Of a DNA stretch of 64,000 nucleotides, positions 26,314 to 35,218 are shown piece by piece (position 1 is the stretch's first letter; each line of letters opens with the position of its first letter). The DNA is from Candidatus Saccharimonadaceae bacterium. Its GTDB lineage: Bacteria; Patescibacteriota; Saccharimonadia; Saccharimonadales; Saccharimonadaceae. Both the position numbers and the translations under genes were made by a program. The DNA lies in the NCBI GenBank assembly GCA_041907345.1, contig JAYRHL010000007.1, positions 31,933 through 95,932 of the forward strand, read 5' to 3'. The notes under the pieces were generated by a model. That model did not search any database. It was not told the DNA's origin and saw only the letters and a program-made list of their open reading frames with translations.

Positions 26314-26907
26314 ATGGCTAATTTTGATTCTGAACCAACTACACCTATAGACAATGGCAGTGAATCTCTTGCGGCCAACGACCTTTCGTTTGAAGAGCTA
26401 TACGCAAATTATTTCTCATATATGCAGCATATTGCCAGCACATACAATGTACGCGACCCCGAAGCAACGACACAAGACGCGTTCATCAAGGCATACGAAC
26501 ACTATGATGAATACAAAAATATTGGTTATTCGCGCAAAACGTGGCTGCTACGCATACTTCACAACACTGCACTGTCTGAACACCGCAAATCAAAGATACG
26601 CGAATTCGACACACCGGTATTAGAATCAGATCTATTCGCCGCCACACAGTATTCTGATCCATTGGCATTGGACGGTTTCAATAACATTGAACTGGATGAA
26701 ATTATGGCCCGCATCGAACAGGTCATATCGGCGAAATCAGTGAACTGGTTTGAAATATTTTCTAAACGTGTCCTCAATGACGATAAATATCGCGAAATCA
26801 GTGAAGACCTGGGCATTCCAGAAGGTACCGTCAAAACAGCATTGTTCCGCGCCTGCAAGTTACTAGCAGACGACGAAGAAATCATCGCTGCACTAGGCAA
26901 AAACTAG
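26314..26907 (+). CDS. ECF-type RNA polymerase sigma factor
   Basis: Region 2 (DAFIKAYEH...WLLRILHNTALSEHRK) and region 4 (ISEDLGIPEGTVKTALFRACKLL). Confidence 0.8.
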   Translation: MANFDSEPTTPIDNGSESLAANDLSFEELYANYFSYMQHIASTYNVRDPEATTQDAFIKAYEHYDEYKNIGYSRKTWLLRILHNTALSEHRKSKIREFDTPVLESDLFAATQYSDPLALDGFNNIELDEIMARIEQVISAKSVNWFEIFSKRVLNDDKYREISEDLGIPEGTVKTALFRACKLLADDEEIIAALGKN

Positions 26908-26910
26908 TTA

Positions 26911-26937
26911 AACTCCGCAACGTCCAGTCGCGGAGTT
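26911..26937 (+). terminator. Family hairpin copy 5 (degenerate; one stem mismatch, no T-run)
   Basis: AACTCCGCAAC gtcca GTCGCGGAGTT. Confidence 0.4.
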
Positions 26938-26962
26938 ATCAGTTTTCTGGTATAGTACCGCC

Positions 26963-27673
26963 ATGAATATCCCTGACGCAGAATTCGACAACTTTTTGAC
27001 AGAGGTTACAGAAAGTGCCGAACAGCAACAAATGCGCCAACTGCAGACAGAAGTCGCGATGGCGGCATGCGATGATGCGTTAGATTACTATGGGGTACCG
27101 ACGACCTATCGGTTCGATGATACGCGTCGTGCTGCGCTAGAACGCGGCCTGGACGAGGACGATTATTTCAAATCTGCAGGCGAGGGCGTCTATGCACTGC
27201 GCGTGGCGGTATTGATCGACACATGGAGCAACGGTTGCGAAAGGGAATATATAACCGAACAGAAAAAACAACTTATGGCAGACCTTCACGTTGGACTGGG
27301 CGCAACGCCGGGCAGCGCATGGATGCTATTTGTCGACGGTGTCGTCGCTGGTGACCCGTTAGATTTCGATTCGATCGACGACATCAAATATCTCGATATT
27401 GCCCAGGAACGGCTGGATCAACAGACACAAGAAGCTCGTGAATTCAGCGCAAAAATGATGGCCAATGTCACCGAACTCCTCGGTGACAGCTTTACCGAAA
27501 TTGCATTTACACAATATATGATTGTGTATTTAGAAATAACGGCAGCCAAAATCGAAAACGAATACCAACGCTCTGCGCTGGTCGACGAACTATCCCGCAA
27601 ACACAACGTGACAAAACAGTACGTCCAAAAAATCATGACGTTGCTTGATGCGAACGACGGCGTCAAAGACTAA
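26963..27673 (+). CDS. Acidic hypothetical protein (236 aa)
   Basis: TGGTATAGT lies 6 nt upstream of the ATG. Confidence 0.5.
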   Translation: MNIPDAEFDNFLTEVTESAEQQQMRQLQTEVAMAACDDALDYYGVPTTYRFDDTRRAALERGLDEDDYFKSAGEGVYALRVAVLIDTWSNGCEREYITEQKKQLMADLHVGLGATPGSAWMLFVDGVVAGDPLDFDSIDDIKYLDIAQERLDQQTQEAREFSAKMMANVTELLGDSFTEIAFTQYMIVYLEITAAKIENEYQRSALVDELSRKHNVTKQYVQKIMTLLDANDGVKD

Positions 27674-27744
27674 TACCCATAGATAACCAGCTACTGTAAT
27701 CTAGCCCACATCCCTCTATATGCTCGTCGCAATACAATGATTTT

Positions 27745-28950
27745 ATGGAGATTGGCGGACATACGGATGATTTCGAATGGTACGAAGATTATTTTGATGA
27801 TGTCCGGTTGAATTATCGAGATGACGGCGAATGGTTTTCGTCACTAGCCAACAGGCCCTTTGGCCCAAATGCGCTCAAATCTGCCAATCAAGTCGCGATA
27901 CGTGGATCATGGAACCTCAAACGAGTACGCAAGGACGAAGAACCGGCGATCATCGCCGCCCGCAAAGAATTTTTTGAAACAATATTAGGGTGGGGCGATA
28001 CAGACCATCCGCTCCATGCGACATACGTTAAATTCGCCCGAACGTTTCCATATTTGAAACAACCATCGACCGTGATTGCCGCGATGCGCACACTACATGA
28101 GCATGGCGTCGACACCACCAGAGTTGTCAAACGATCATCAGAATTATTAGCACTCAATCCTTACGAAACAGAAGAGCGAATCGACTATCTGACCGGCATC
28201 GGTGTGTTGCCCAAAACGATTCAGCGCAACCCGGGCATACTGACATACCCCGTCAGTTTCGTTGAACGATTCGTCGAACGTATGTCGGCAAAAGGATTCG
28301 ACCCCGTCTATATCATCAACAACAGTCTGTTTGCCCTGGGGAGCAAAGACGAACTGCTGGACACGCGCATCGACGCGCTGACCGATATGGGTCTAGACCC
28401 GGTGCAGGTCATCAACTCCAACGCAAACGTATTGAACATCCGATCAGAACTAATCCATAGCAAATTGCTAACCGTACGTGCGATATTGCGCTATATCAAT
28501 TCACCGATTAGTGCCGAAGAGTTCGTCAATCAACGACCATTGGCACTCTGCCGGAATCAAGAAAAAGTCCGGGCATCGGTACGTATGCTCCACGATTCGG
28601 TCGACCACGACTATATTGCATCACTGAATGCAGTCAAATTATATGGGTTTGTCATGATGCCACTTGATTCAATACTGGCGGCAATCGCTATGCAGAAATC
28701 ATCCGATGATTTTGCGCCCGATGGTATCACCGTCGCACATATTGCTAGAATGCGCGTCAAAACACCCAAACCAGAACGTCGACAACAATCGATTGATATC
28801 CTCCGTGACGAACCAACACGGCGCCTGATTGGCAAACACGTTGTCCGCGCATACCTGCGTAGCGCGCCGTTCACTGCAGAAGAAATCGAACAATATCCAG
28901 AACTCTCGACAATAACAACTGCGACACCGTTATTACAGAATAGGATGTGA
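27745..28950 (+). CDS. mTERF-like helical-repeat protein
   Basis: At least four ~30-aa repeats, e.g. IDYLTGIGVLPKTIQRNPGILTY, VERMSAKGFDPVYIINNSLFALG and IDALTDMGLDPVQVINSNANVLNI. Confidence 0.55.
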   Translation: MEIGGHTDDFEWYEDYFDDVRLNYRDDGEWFSSLANRPFGPNALKSANQVAIRGSWNLKRVRKDEEPAIIAARKEFFETILGWGDTDHPLHATYVKFARTFPYLKQPSTVIAAMRTLHEHGVDTTRVVKRSSELLALNPYETEERIDYLTGIGVLPKTIQRNPGILTYPVSFVERFVERMSAKGFDPVYIINNSLFALGSKDELLDTRIDALTDMGLDPVQVINSNANVLNIRSELIHSKLLTVRAILRYINSPISAEEFVNQRPLALCRNQEKVRASVRMLHDSVDHDYIASLNAVKLYGFVMMPLDSILAAIAMQKSSDDFAPDGITVAHIARMRVKTPKPERRQQSIDILRDEPTRRLIGKHVVRAYLRSAPFTAEEIEQYPELSTITTATPLLQNRM

Positions 28951-29028
28951 TATTGTTTGTATAATCTATAATTATGTGACATAATATATCCAACAACATC
29001 CGTTGCGCACTTTTCATTGAGGAGTATT

Positions 29029-29502
29029 ATGTTCGACCAAAAAATTCATTTGCGACCTCTTGGCAGAGCAAGGCGCTTTGGACCGCCGAACAAGGCTGTT
29101 TTGAATTTCAAGAAGAACACCTGGTGGTGGTTTGTTGCCGTAGGCTCATTTACCGCAATGGTCTCATGGGGACTTGCAATGATCGACGTTTCAAGCCACG
29201 GCTTTGCACGAGCGTGGGGTTACCCGTCTATCTACATTGCTGCCGTTACATTGCTATTTATTGCATTGGGATTTTGGTGGGGCATGACAGTGCCCAAACT
29301 TTATGACCTTTGGTATAACGACATCGTCAGCGGTAGGATCATCGAACGAAAGTTTGTTCAGACTAGCAGGGAATCCTGCAAGTTTATCGCCGTTGTAGTA
29401 GGTCGTAACCTCGCCGACGAAATAGTCACACGAGAACTCGCCGTTAGTTACGTTTTGTGGCAAGAGCTGAAAGAAGGCCAGTCATATCCTTGGCCCAACT
29501 AA
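29029..29502 (+). CDS. Membrane protein, tandem paralog 1
   Basis: GAGGAG SD. The protein ends ...QSYPWPN. Its 5' UTR is homologous to that of paralog 2. Confidence 0.55.
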   Translation: MFDQKIHLRPLGRARRFGPPNKAVLNFKKNTWWWFVAVGSFTAMVSWGLAMIDVSSHGFARAWGYPSIYIAAVTLLFIALGFWWGMTVPKLYDLWYNDIVSGRIIERKFVQTSRESCKFIAVVVGRNLADEIVTRELAVSYVLWQELKEGQSYPWPN

Positions 29503-29517
29503 TACTCACCAAAAAAA

Positions 29518-29540
29518 GCCCCGTTTCGGCGGGGCTTTTT
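29518..29540 (+). terminator. Intrinsic terminator
   Basis: GCCCCG/CGGGGC stem followed by TTTTT. Confidence 0.6.
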
Positions 29541-29627
29541 CTTTTGTTATTGAGTTGAAAATTTTTCATTTTGGTTGTATAGTATTGCATACAACATCCG
29601 TTGAGGACCTTTCACATTAGGAGTATT

Positions 29628-30065
29628 ATGCTGGACCAAAACATCCGTGTTCGGCCGCCGAACAAGTTTTTGTTGAATCTGAAACAAAACAGTACCCCAG
29701 TCCTTCCATTGGTGATGGTTCTGTGTGTATTTATGGGTGCAATAATTTCATCGACTTCAAGATCCTACGGTTTTGCAACCGTTTGGTCACAACCGTATGT
29801 TTATCTGTTGATGTTTTTCTTTGCATTATTGATTGTCATGATCAATTGGAGTGTCAATGCGCCTCGGCAGTACAGATACTGGTACGGCGAAGTTGTGAGC
29901 GGCATCATCATAGACCGCAGGAAATACGAGAGCAACAAGAGCTATCGTTTCGTAGCAGTCGTTCAGGGTCAGAATCGTGCAGGTGAGACAATCACCCAAG
30001 ATATCGCAGTTCATGACGATGTGTGGCAAACGTTAAAAGTTAGCCAGTCGTATCCTTGGGCATAA
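29628..30065 (+). CDS. Membrane protein, tandem paralog 2
   Basis: TAGGAG SD. The protein ends ...QSYPWA. Confidence 0.55.
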   Translation: MLDQNIRVRPPNKFLLNLKQNSTPVLPLVMVLCVFMGAIISSTSRSYGFATVWSQPYVYLLMFFFALLIVMINWSVNAPRQYRYWYGEVVSGIIIDRRKYESNKSYRFVAVVQGQNRAGETITQDIAVHDDVWQTLKVSQSYPWA

Positions 30066-30077
30066 TACCCACCAAAA

Positions 30078-30100
30078 GCCCCGCTACGGCGGGGCTTTTT
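30078..30100. terminator. Bidirectional terminator
   Basis: GCCCCG/CGGGGC stem flanked by A- and T-runs. Confidence 0.6.
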
Positions 30101-30119
30101 CTTTTTACTTTGCAAATTT

Positions 30120-32426
30120 TTATACCATACTCGAATCGTCTAGCAAGAACACATCACCAACTGACGCTCCTTGAACATATGGACTAATGACGGCCGACGC
30201 AGCACCTGCAGGTGCTGTACTCTGTAGCGAGATAACTTGCCACGATCCCGACAACGTCGTATTGCTCGCACTATCATCGAAAAATACCTGAGAATTAGAA
30301 CTATCAAAGAACGTGATACGCATCCTGGCGCCTTTGGCAGAACCAGCAATCTGTTTGATTTTAATTGATCCAGTAACCGTTTGTCCCGGCGACACGGGTG
30401 CCTTGGTCGTACCGCTAGAATACGCCGAACGGGCGCCGATTGATCCGGCCGATGTGACAGTCCAACGCATCGCCCCCACAATCCCGTCTTGATCGATTGT
30501 ATTTGCGGCATTTGAATAATCCATCGTAAATCCAGTCGGGTTGTTTGTTTGTGACCATTCTCCCAAACCATAGTCAAAATGGACATCACCGCCCAACAGA
30601 TTGGCCGGAGCAATGGTTAATACATCACCAAGGTATGTATCGCGGAATCGGAATTCGTCGCCAGCCTCAACGTCGGTAAACGCCAAAAACCACAACGCAC
30701 ACCCAGCACCTGCTGGTACCGTGAATGTGTAATATACCTGTGTAGGACGCAGTGTCAAAGAAAAGTAGACTTCTGGATCCTCAAAACTAAGGGGAATTTG
30801 CCCTTCAGTCAACCACGTCATCTGGATACGCGCCCTTGCGCCCGTTCCGACAATTTGTCGCACATTGACCGATACAGTGAACTGTTCGCCCGGATATACT
30901 CTGGTTGGTTTGGTCGAATTACTATAACGATCACGAACACTGATCGATCCTGCAGCAGATGCAATAATCCTTGCATCGCTACCAGTTCTGTCGAATGTAT
31001 AATTGCCAGGGTTCGTGTCGCTTTTTACCCATTCGTCGAGTCCTAACGAAAAATCTGTACCATTTAACATCCAGTTCGGACGACCTGCGATAACGTCCAG
31101 TCGCATCGTTGATGTTGCCGTGCCCGAACTCGTAACAAGTTGATACTGTAAAAAGTACGTTCCAATCGTATTAAATATATTCGTCTGAAAATGTGTATTC
31201 GTCGTCAAATCGCCAACAGCAGTTGGTCCTGATTGTACCGTCCATTTACGACTAATAAACGTTGATCCATTCAGATAATCCTTTGCTGTACGCGCCACGG
31301 GTCGATTCGCCAAATGGTTCTCTTCGGATATTCCGCCGATTGCAAAAGGTTCGGACACAATCTGAGCGGGTGGTTGATAGTGCAGACCAGGTACGGTCAC
31401 AGGACAAAAATCACCTCCACTTGGTCGACCGCGCATAACATAGCCTTCTGTTGATGTTCTGTTGCCGTGCTGATCCAGCCCCCATACACCTTGTGACGGA
31501 TATGGTTGGCTAAACGTCCATCGGTATCTTCCTGTTGTTGAATCATAGGACTCGGCACCTTCCCAAAAACACCCAGAATCATAAAGCGTCCCGCCATGGT
31601 CGCCCAATCCCCATTTGCGTGGGCGTGGATCTGCATAGACTTGGTCAAAAATAAATGGCCCGACCAAACGATCGTTTTGAACAAAATTCAAAAAACGCCA
31701 ACCACTATTTGTCGTAGGTGTGTGACTACCCATGCCATAATTCACACGATGTAATTCGGTATAACCCCATTGCATTGCAATAGGTTGATCAGGATACGAA
31801 TCATCACCGAACATACCACCCTGACAGATTGTAATCATTGTCGTGTTCGCGATGCGCAAACCAACAACACCGCTCCATGTTTGAAAACAGTCATTATGGT
31901 ACAGTCCGTCGCCTGCTTGTACGTTCGGGTGTAGCACAGGGGGATTAATGACGATGCGGGAATTTTGTATGACCGGCATAGCAGCAAAGCCGTTATAGAC
32001 ATCGATGCCTTCGACAATTTGATCGCCGTGTATCAAAACACCTTCGATATAAATCAACCGAAAATCACCATCAAAATTACATCCCTCCATTGGGCCCAGC
32101 CACGTCGCAGTATCCGGTTGCGCAGTATCATCGTGCCTAACGTCGTCAATACGAATTTCGCCACCTATCCATGCGATATTAGTTGGACCGGCCGTTTTGA
32201 ATCGTACCCTAGAGGTGGCTGCAACAGTTTGATGGACGACAAAATTACCGCCAGACGTACCTAGATCAATAACGACGTCCTGACTAAAATCATATGCGTC
32301 CAGATTAATAACTTGCCATCCGGTCGTATCGGGGCGTGCCCACCGCAACGGAGCGGGCCGCTTGGTCTGAGCCGCCGTTACTGCAGTTACGCCAACGTTC
32401 ACGACGTTCCGCCTGCCACAATCCAT
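30120..32426 (-). CDS. Large tailspike/depolymerase-like protein with C-terminal carbohydrate-binding-type repeats (alternative GTG start at 32402)
   Basis: 768 aa. Two segments open like CBM_4_9 modules (NWMLNGTDFSLGLDEW, NLLGGDVHFDYGLGEW). An Ig-like middle segment is present. Confidence 0.55.
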   Translation of the reverse strand: MDCGRRNVVNVGVTAVTAAQTKRPAPLRWARPDTTGWQVINLDAYDFSQDVVIDLGTSGGNFVVHQTVAATSRVRFKTAGPTNIAWIGGEIRIDDVRHDDTAQPDTATWLGPMEGCNFDGDFRLIYIEGVLIHGDQIVEGIDVYNGFAAMPVIQNSRIVINPPVLHPNVQAGDGLYHNDCFQTWSGVVGLRIANTTMITICQGGMFGDDSYPDQPIAMQWGYTELHRVNYGMGSHTPTTNSGWRFLNFVQNDRLVGPFIFDQVYADPRPRKWGLGDHGGTLYDSGCFWEGAESYDSTTGRYRWTFSQPYPSQGVWGLDQHGNRTSTEGYVMRGRPSGGDFCPVTVPGLHYQPPAQIVSEPFAIGGISEENHLANRPVARTAKDYLNGSTFISRKWTVQSGPTAVGDLTTNTHFQTNIFNTIGTYFLQYQLVTSSGTATSTMRLDVIAGRPNWMLNGTDFSLGLDEWVKSDTNPGNYTFDRTGSDARIIASAAGSISVRDRYSNSTKPTRVYPGEQFTVSVNVRQIVGTGARARIQMTWLTEGQIPLSFEDPEVYFSLTLRPTQVYYTFTVPAGAGCALWFLAFTDVEAGDEFRFRDTYLGDVLTIAPANLLGGDVHFDYGLGEWSQTNNPTGFTMDYSNAANTIDQDGIVGAMRWTVTSAGSIGARSAYSSGTTKAPVSPGQTVTGSIKIKQIAGSAKGARMRITFFDSSNSQVFFDDSASNTTLSGSWQVISLQSTAPAGAASAVISPYVQGASVGDVFLLDDSSMV

Positions 32427-33028
32427 TCATTAGCGCTTGCCCGGTATACCCATGCCAACACACCCTGTGCAACATTCAGATAAACATTTCCCCCCAGGAC
32501 AGTGACGCTCGTTGCGTCTATTGTCAAACCGTCGGCGCCTTCAGCAAATAGTGTTACGGACCCACCAATCGGTACCGTACCACCCGCTAGCACAACAGTA
32601 CCGCCAGACGGAATACGCAGGACACAACCGACATGTGATGACAGTAACGTCACAGACGAATTAACAATTGTTACAGCTGTTGATAGCAACGGTTGTGCAC
32701 CAATCGCGTTTCTGGCTGTCGCAGCATCGGCACCTGCAGCAATAACTGCCGGTTTGTTGCCCAGCGTTGTCCAATCAACGGTACTGTTCAACTTTGTCTG
32801 AACATTGGTATCTAGTAATGATTCCGTGATAGATGCGTTTGCAATCCTCGTTGCGTCTACTGCGCCGCTTGAGATGTGAGTGCTCGTCACACTATTCGGC
32901 GCCAACGCATTGGACGTGACCGAATTATCTTTGAACGTACCATCTGCCTTATGGGACTGCGAAAGAAAGTCGTTGAGAAGATCTCCCCACGCTCCGTTAT
33001 CTCCGCCTGGCTGTGGTAATCGAGCCAC
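32399..33028 (-). CDS. Tail-fibre N-terminal-like protein
   Basis: GTG start with a GAGGA SD. LPQPGGDNGAWGDLLNDFL plus repeated SVTS..I..GAV motifs, as in actinophage minor tail/fibre proteins (from memory). Confidence 0.5.
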   Translation of the reverse strand: MARLPQPGGDNGAWGDLLNDFLSQSHKADGTFKDNSVTSNALAPNSVTSTHISSGAVDATRIANASITESLLDTNVQTKLNSTVDWTTLGNKPAVIAAGADAATARNAIGAQPLLSTAVTIVNSSVTLLSSHVGCVLRIPSGGTVVLAGGTVPIGGSVTLFAEGADGLTIDATSVTVLGGNVYLNVAQGVLAWVYRASANEWIVAGGTS

Positions 33029-33128
33029 TATATATCCTCATTTACATACTGTATATGTTGTGACCATTGTATAGCTTTTTGATGCTTATGGCTAGCAGGC
33101 TAGAGAAAGCCTTTGTTATTATGAATCT

Positions 33129-33413
33129 ATGAACGAAGAATCCAATCCTGAATATGTCGATTTGAACGAACGCCGATCATACCGCGTCACCATCAGCGGG
33201 GATGATGTCATGATTCCTATCCAGCAGTACGTCGAATTGCCAGTCTATCTGGCAGAATCTTTCATCCAGGCCAAACGAGAATCAGTCCACACAGGGACGC
33301 AAGAAACCGCCATCATCGAAATCGTCGCACACCTGAACCAACTATTCCCAGGCGTTGCGGATGGCGATTTTGGTTTTGAGGATGTGGTGATTGAACCAAC
33401 ACCCACTGAATAG
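33129..33413 (+). CDS. Small acidic hypothetical protein (94 aa)
   Basis: TGTTATTAT lies 6 nt upstream of the ATG. Confidence 0.45.
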   Translation: MNEESNPEYVDLNERRSYRVTISGDDVMIPIQQYVELPVYLAESFIQAKRESVHTGTQETAIIEIVAHLNQLFPGVADGDFGFEDVVIEPTPTE

Positions 33414-33512
33414 AAGTAAGTAGACAAATTAGCATAAACATGTTATAATGTAATCATAAAACTCGTCATGAGTTTTGGTACTTACTACCACTGAATCTAT
33501 CTAGGAGGATAG

Positions 33513-33914
33513 GTGCCCCAATCGGTTGCCGTAGCAATCAGCGTTGCGCTTTTTGTCATAGCGGGCGTCGCAACCTGGTATTTTATATTTCACATCGATA
33601 GCAGCAGCTTTCTCGTGGCAGTCGGTGTGCCGTCTCTGACTCTCTGCCTGGCGATATTCTCGCTGGTCTGGTCATGCAACGACAACTACTACGAGGTCAA
33701 ATCGGGTACGGTCATCAACCAGAGTTTTACCCCGGCACACCAGAACCCACCCACGATTGTGTCGACAGGCAAGTCGACCATCATCGTTCCGGGGGCATGG
33801 GTGCCAGATGACTGGGCTATAGAAGTCCAGGGCGACAATGGGCACAATGGCTGGTTTCATTTCGACAGCAACGTGTTCGATCGTTACCCGCGCGGATCAC
33901 ATTATCCAACCTAG
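33513..33914 (+). CDS. 2-TM membrane protein with small C-terminal domain
   Basis: TAGGAGGA SD and GTG start. Architecture resembles 29029 and 29628. Confidence 0.5.
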   Translation: MPQSVAVAISVALFVIAGVATWYFIFHIDSSSFLVAVGVPSLTLCLAIFSLVWSCNDNYYEVKSGTVINQSFTPAHQNPPTIVSTGKSTIIVPGAWVPDDWAIEVQGDNGHNGWFHFDSNVFDRYPRGSHYPT

Positions 33915-33935
33915 CAGTGGCATAGCCACCGAAAA

Positions 33936-33986
33936 AGCCACCGAATTGGCATGCAGCCAATTCGCTCCGCCGATTCGGTGGCTTTT
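33936..33986 (+). terminator. Long-loop terminator hairpin
   Basis: AGCCACCGAAT/ATTCGGTGGCT 11-bp stem followed by TTTT. Confidence 0.55.
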
Positions 33987-34040
33987 CATTTGCGATTCAT
34001 TGATCGAGAATTCGTGCGTTGCGGATGGTGATTTTATCTA

Positions 34041-34919
34041 TTAGCCAGAATTTTTTATTGAACTAAATGCCTTTTCCGAAATGTATGTGTCACGCAACTT
34101 GGTATTAACGTAATCATTAATCTCTGATATTTGAGGCTCAAAATGTCGCAAAGTCTCTATATATTGCAGTAAGTCCTCTAATTCAATGGACGTAAAATCA
34201 ATAACCTTCCACCTTCTTGCAATCAGGTCAATTCTTGCAATAAGCCCAAGACATCTTTCTTTAAAATTTTCTGTCGCAACTATACAACTCACAGATCCTT
34301 GCATTATTGCCTTGTTGTCTTGATGTATAACTTGGGGATTTAATGTCTCCCCCTTCAACAACATATCGTGCGCACTTGCACTTAATGCCGAATAGTAATT
34401 ATTAAACTCGACTAGATTTGCGTTTTGCAAAATTATTTCAGACTCAAACGACTGCCACTGAGACGCAAATGCTATATTCATTATATCGATACCAAGACCT
34501 GATTTGTGCGCGTATGGGTGAGGTAGGCTAATCGATGCACGAAATTTCCCATTCTTATCAACAATGCCTTGTCGCATATCTTTGTAATGATCTGTATTCT
34601 TTAAAATCAGCACTAATGTTGCCTCAATTTCTGCATTGACATTCAACATTGCACGTTCATATGCCCTTATTTTTAGTCGTTGTTCTTTAATTTCGTCTAT
34701 TTCTCTTTGTTTATTACGAGATCGTTCACTAATAAAATAGGTCGAGGTCGCACCAAAGAACCCTCCAAGCAGAGCGCCAATTGTGCCGTCACTCAAATGT
34801 ACAAAGTCACCACCGACAGGTTTTGTTTGATAAAAATTCGGAAGCATAGTGGCCCCAATCCCAATCACTAGCGCCGACATCAGAGGTATGACAAAAAGCT
34901 TTATCCGTTCCCAAATCAT
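34041..34919 (-). CDS. Hypothetical protein, 2 N-terminal TM segments plus ~220-aa cytoplasmic helical domain (low-GC islet)
   Basis: ORF only. Visibly AT-rich codon usage compared with its neighbours. Confidence 0.55.
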   Translation of the reverse strand: MIWERIKLFVIPLMSALVIGIGATMLPNFYQTKPVGGDFVHLSDGTIGALLGGFFGATSTYFISERSRNKQREIDEIKEQRLKIRAYERAMLNVNAEIEATLVLILKNTDHYKDMRQGIVDKNGKFRASISLPHPYAHKSGLGIDIMNIAFASQWQSFESEIILQNANLVEFNNYYSALSASAHDMLLKGETLNPQVIHQDNKAIMQGSVSCIVATENFKERCLGLIARIDLIARRWKVIDFTSIELEDLLQYIETLRHFEPQISEINDYVNTKLRDTYISEKAFSSIKNSG

Positions 34920-35011
34920 ATAAACAGTTTACACAAATAGTAGACATAGTGAAGATAATTTCTTTTTTCAGTCTGATATAGTATTGAATTAATAATATAA
35001 AAGGAGAGAAC

Positions 35012-35218
35012 ATGGCGGGCGGATCAAACGACTGGAATACATTAATCGATCACCAATCGAGCTTACTTACTGAGACGAAGAACTTAGTTTGCAAAACGGA
35101 AGAATTGCTCAATGAATCCAAGGCGCAAAGTAAGCAAAATGGGACAACCATGACTTTGGCTATCATTACTTTACTTGCTTCAGTCGTTTCAATCATAATC
35201 TCAATTGCGAAGCCATAA
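35012..35218 (+). CDS. Small tail-anchored protein (68 aa)
   Basis: AAAGGAGAG SD. Single C-terminal TM (MTLAIITLLASVVSIIISIA). Confidence 0.4.
   Translation: MAGGSNDWNTLIDHQSSLLTETKNLVCKTEELLNESKAQSKQNGTTMTLAIITLLASVVSIIISIAKP

Noticed and set aside
30120-33028. Calling the tail-fibre-like pair a prophage.
   Set aside because: No capsid, portal, terminase, tape-measure, lysis or integrase genes and no att repeats are visible in the flanking 10 kb. It is reported only as an orphan module.
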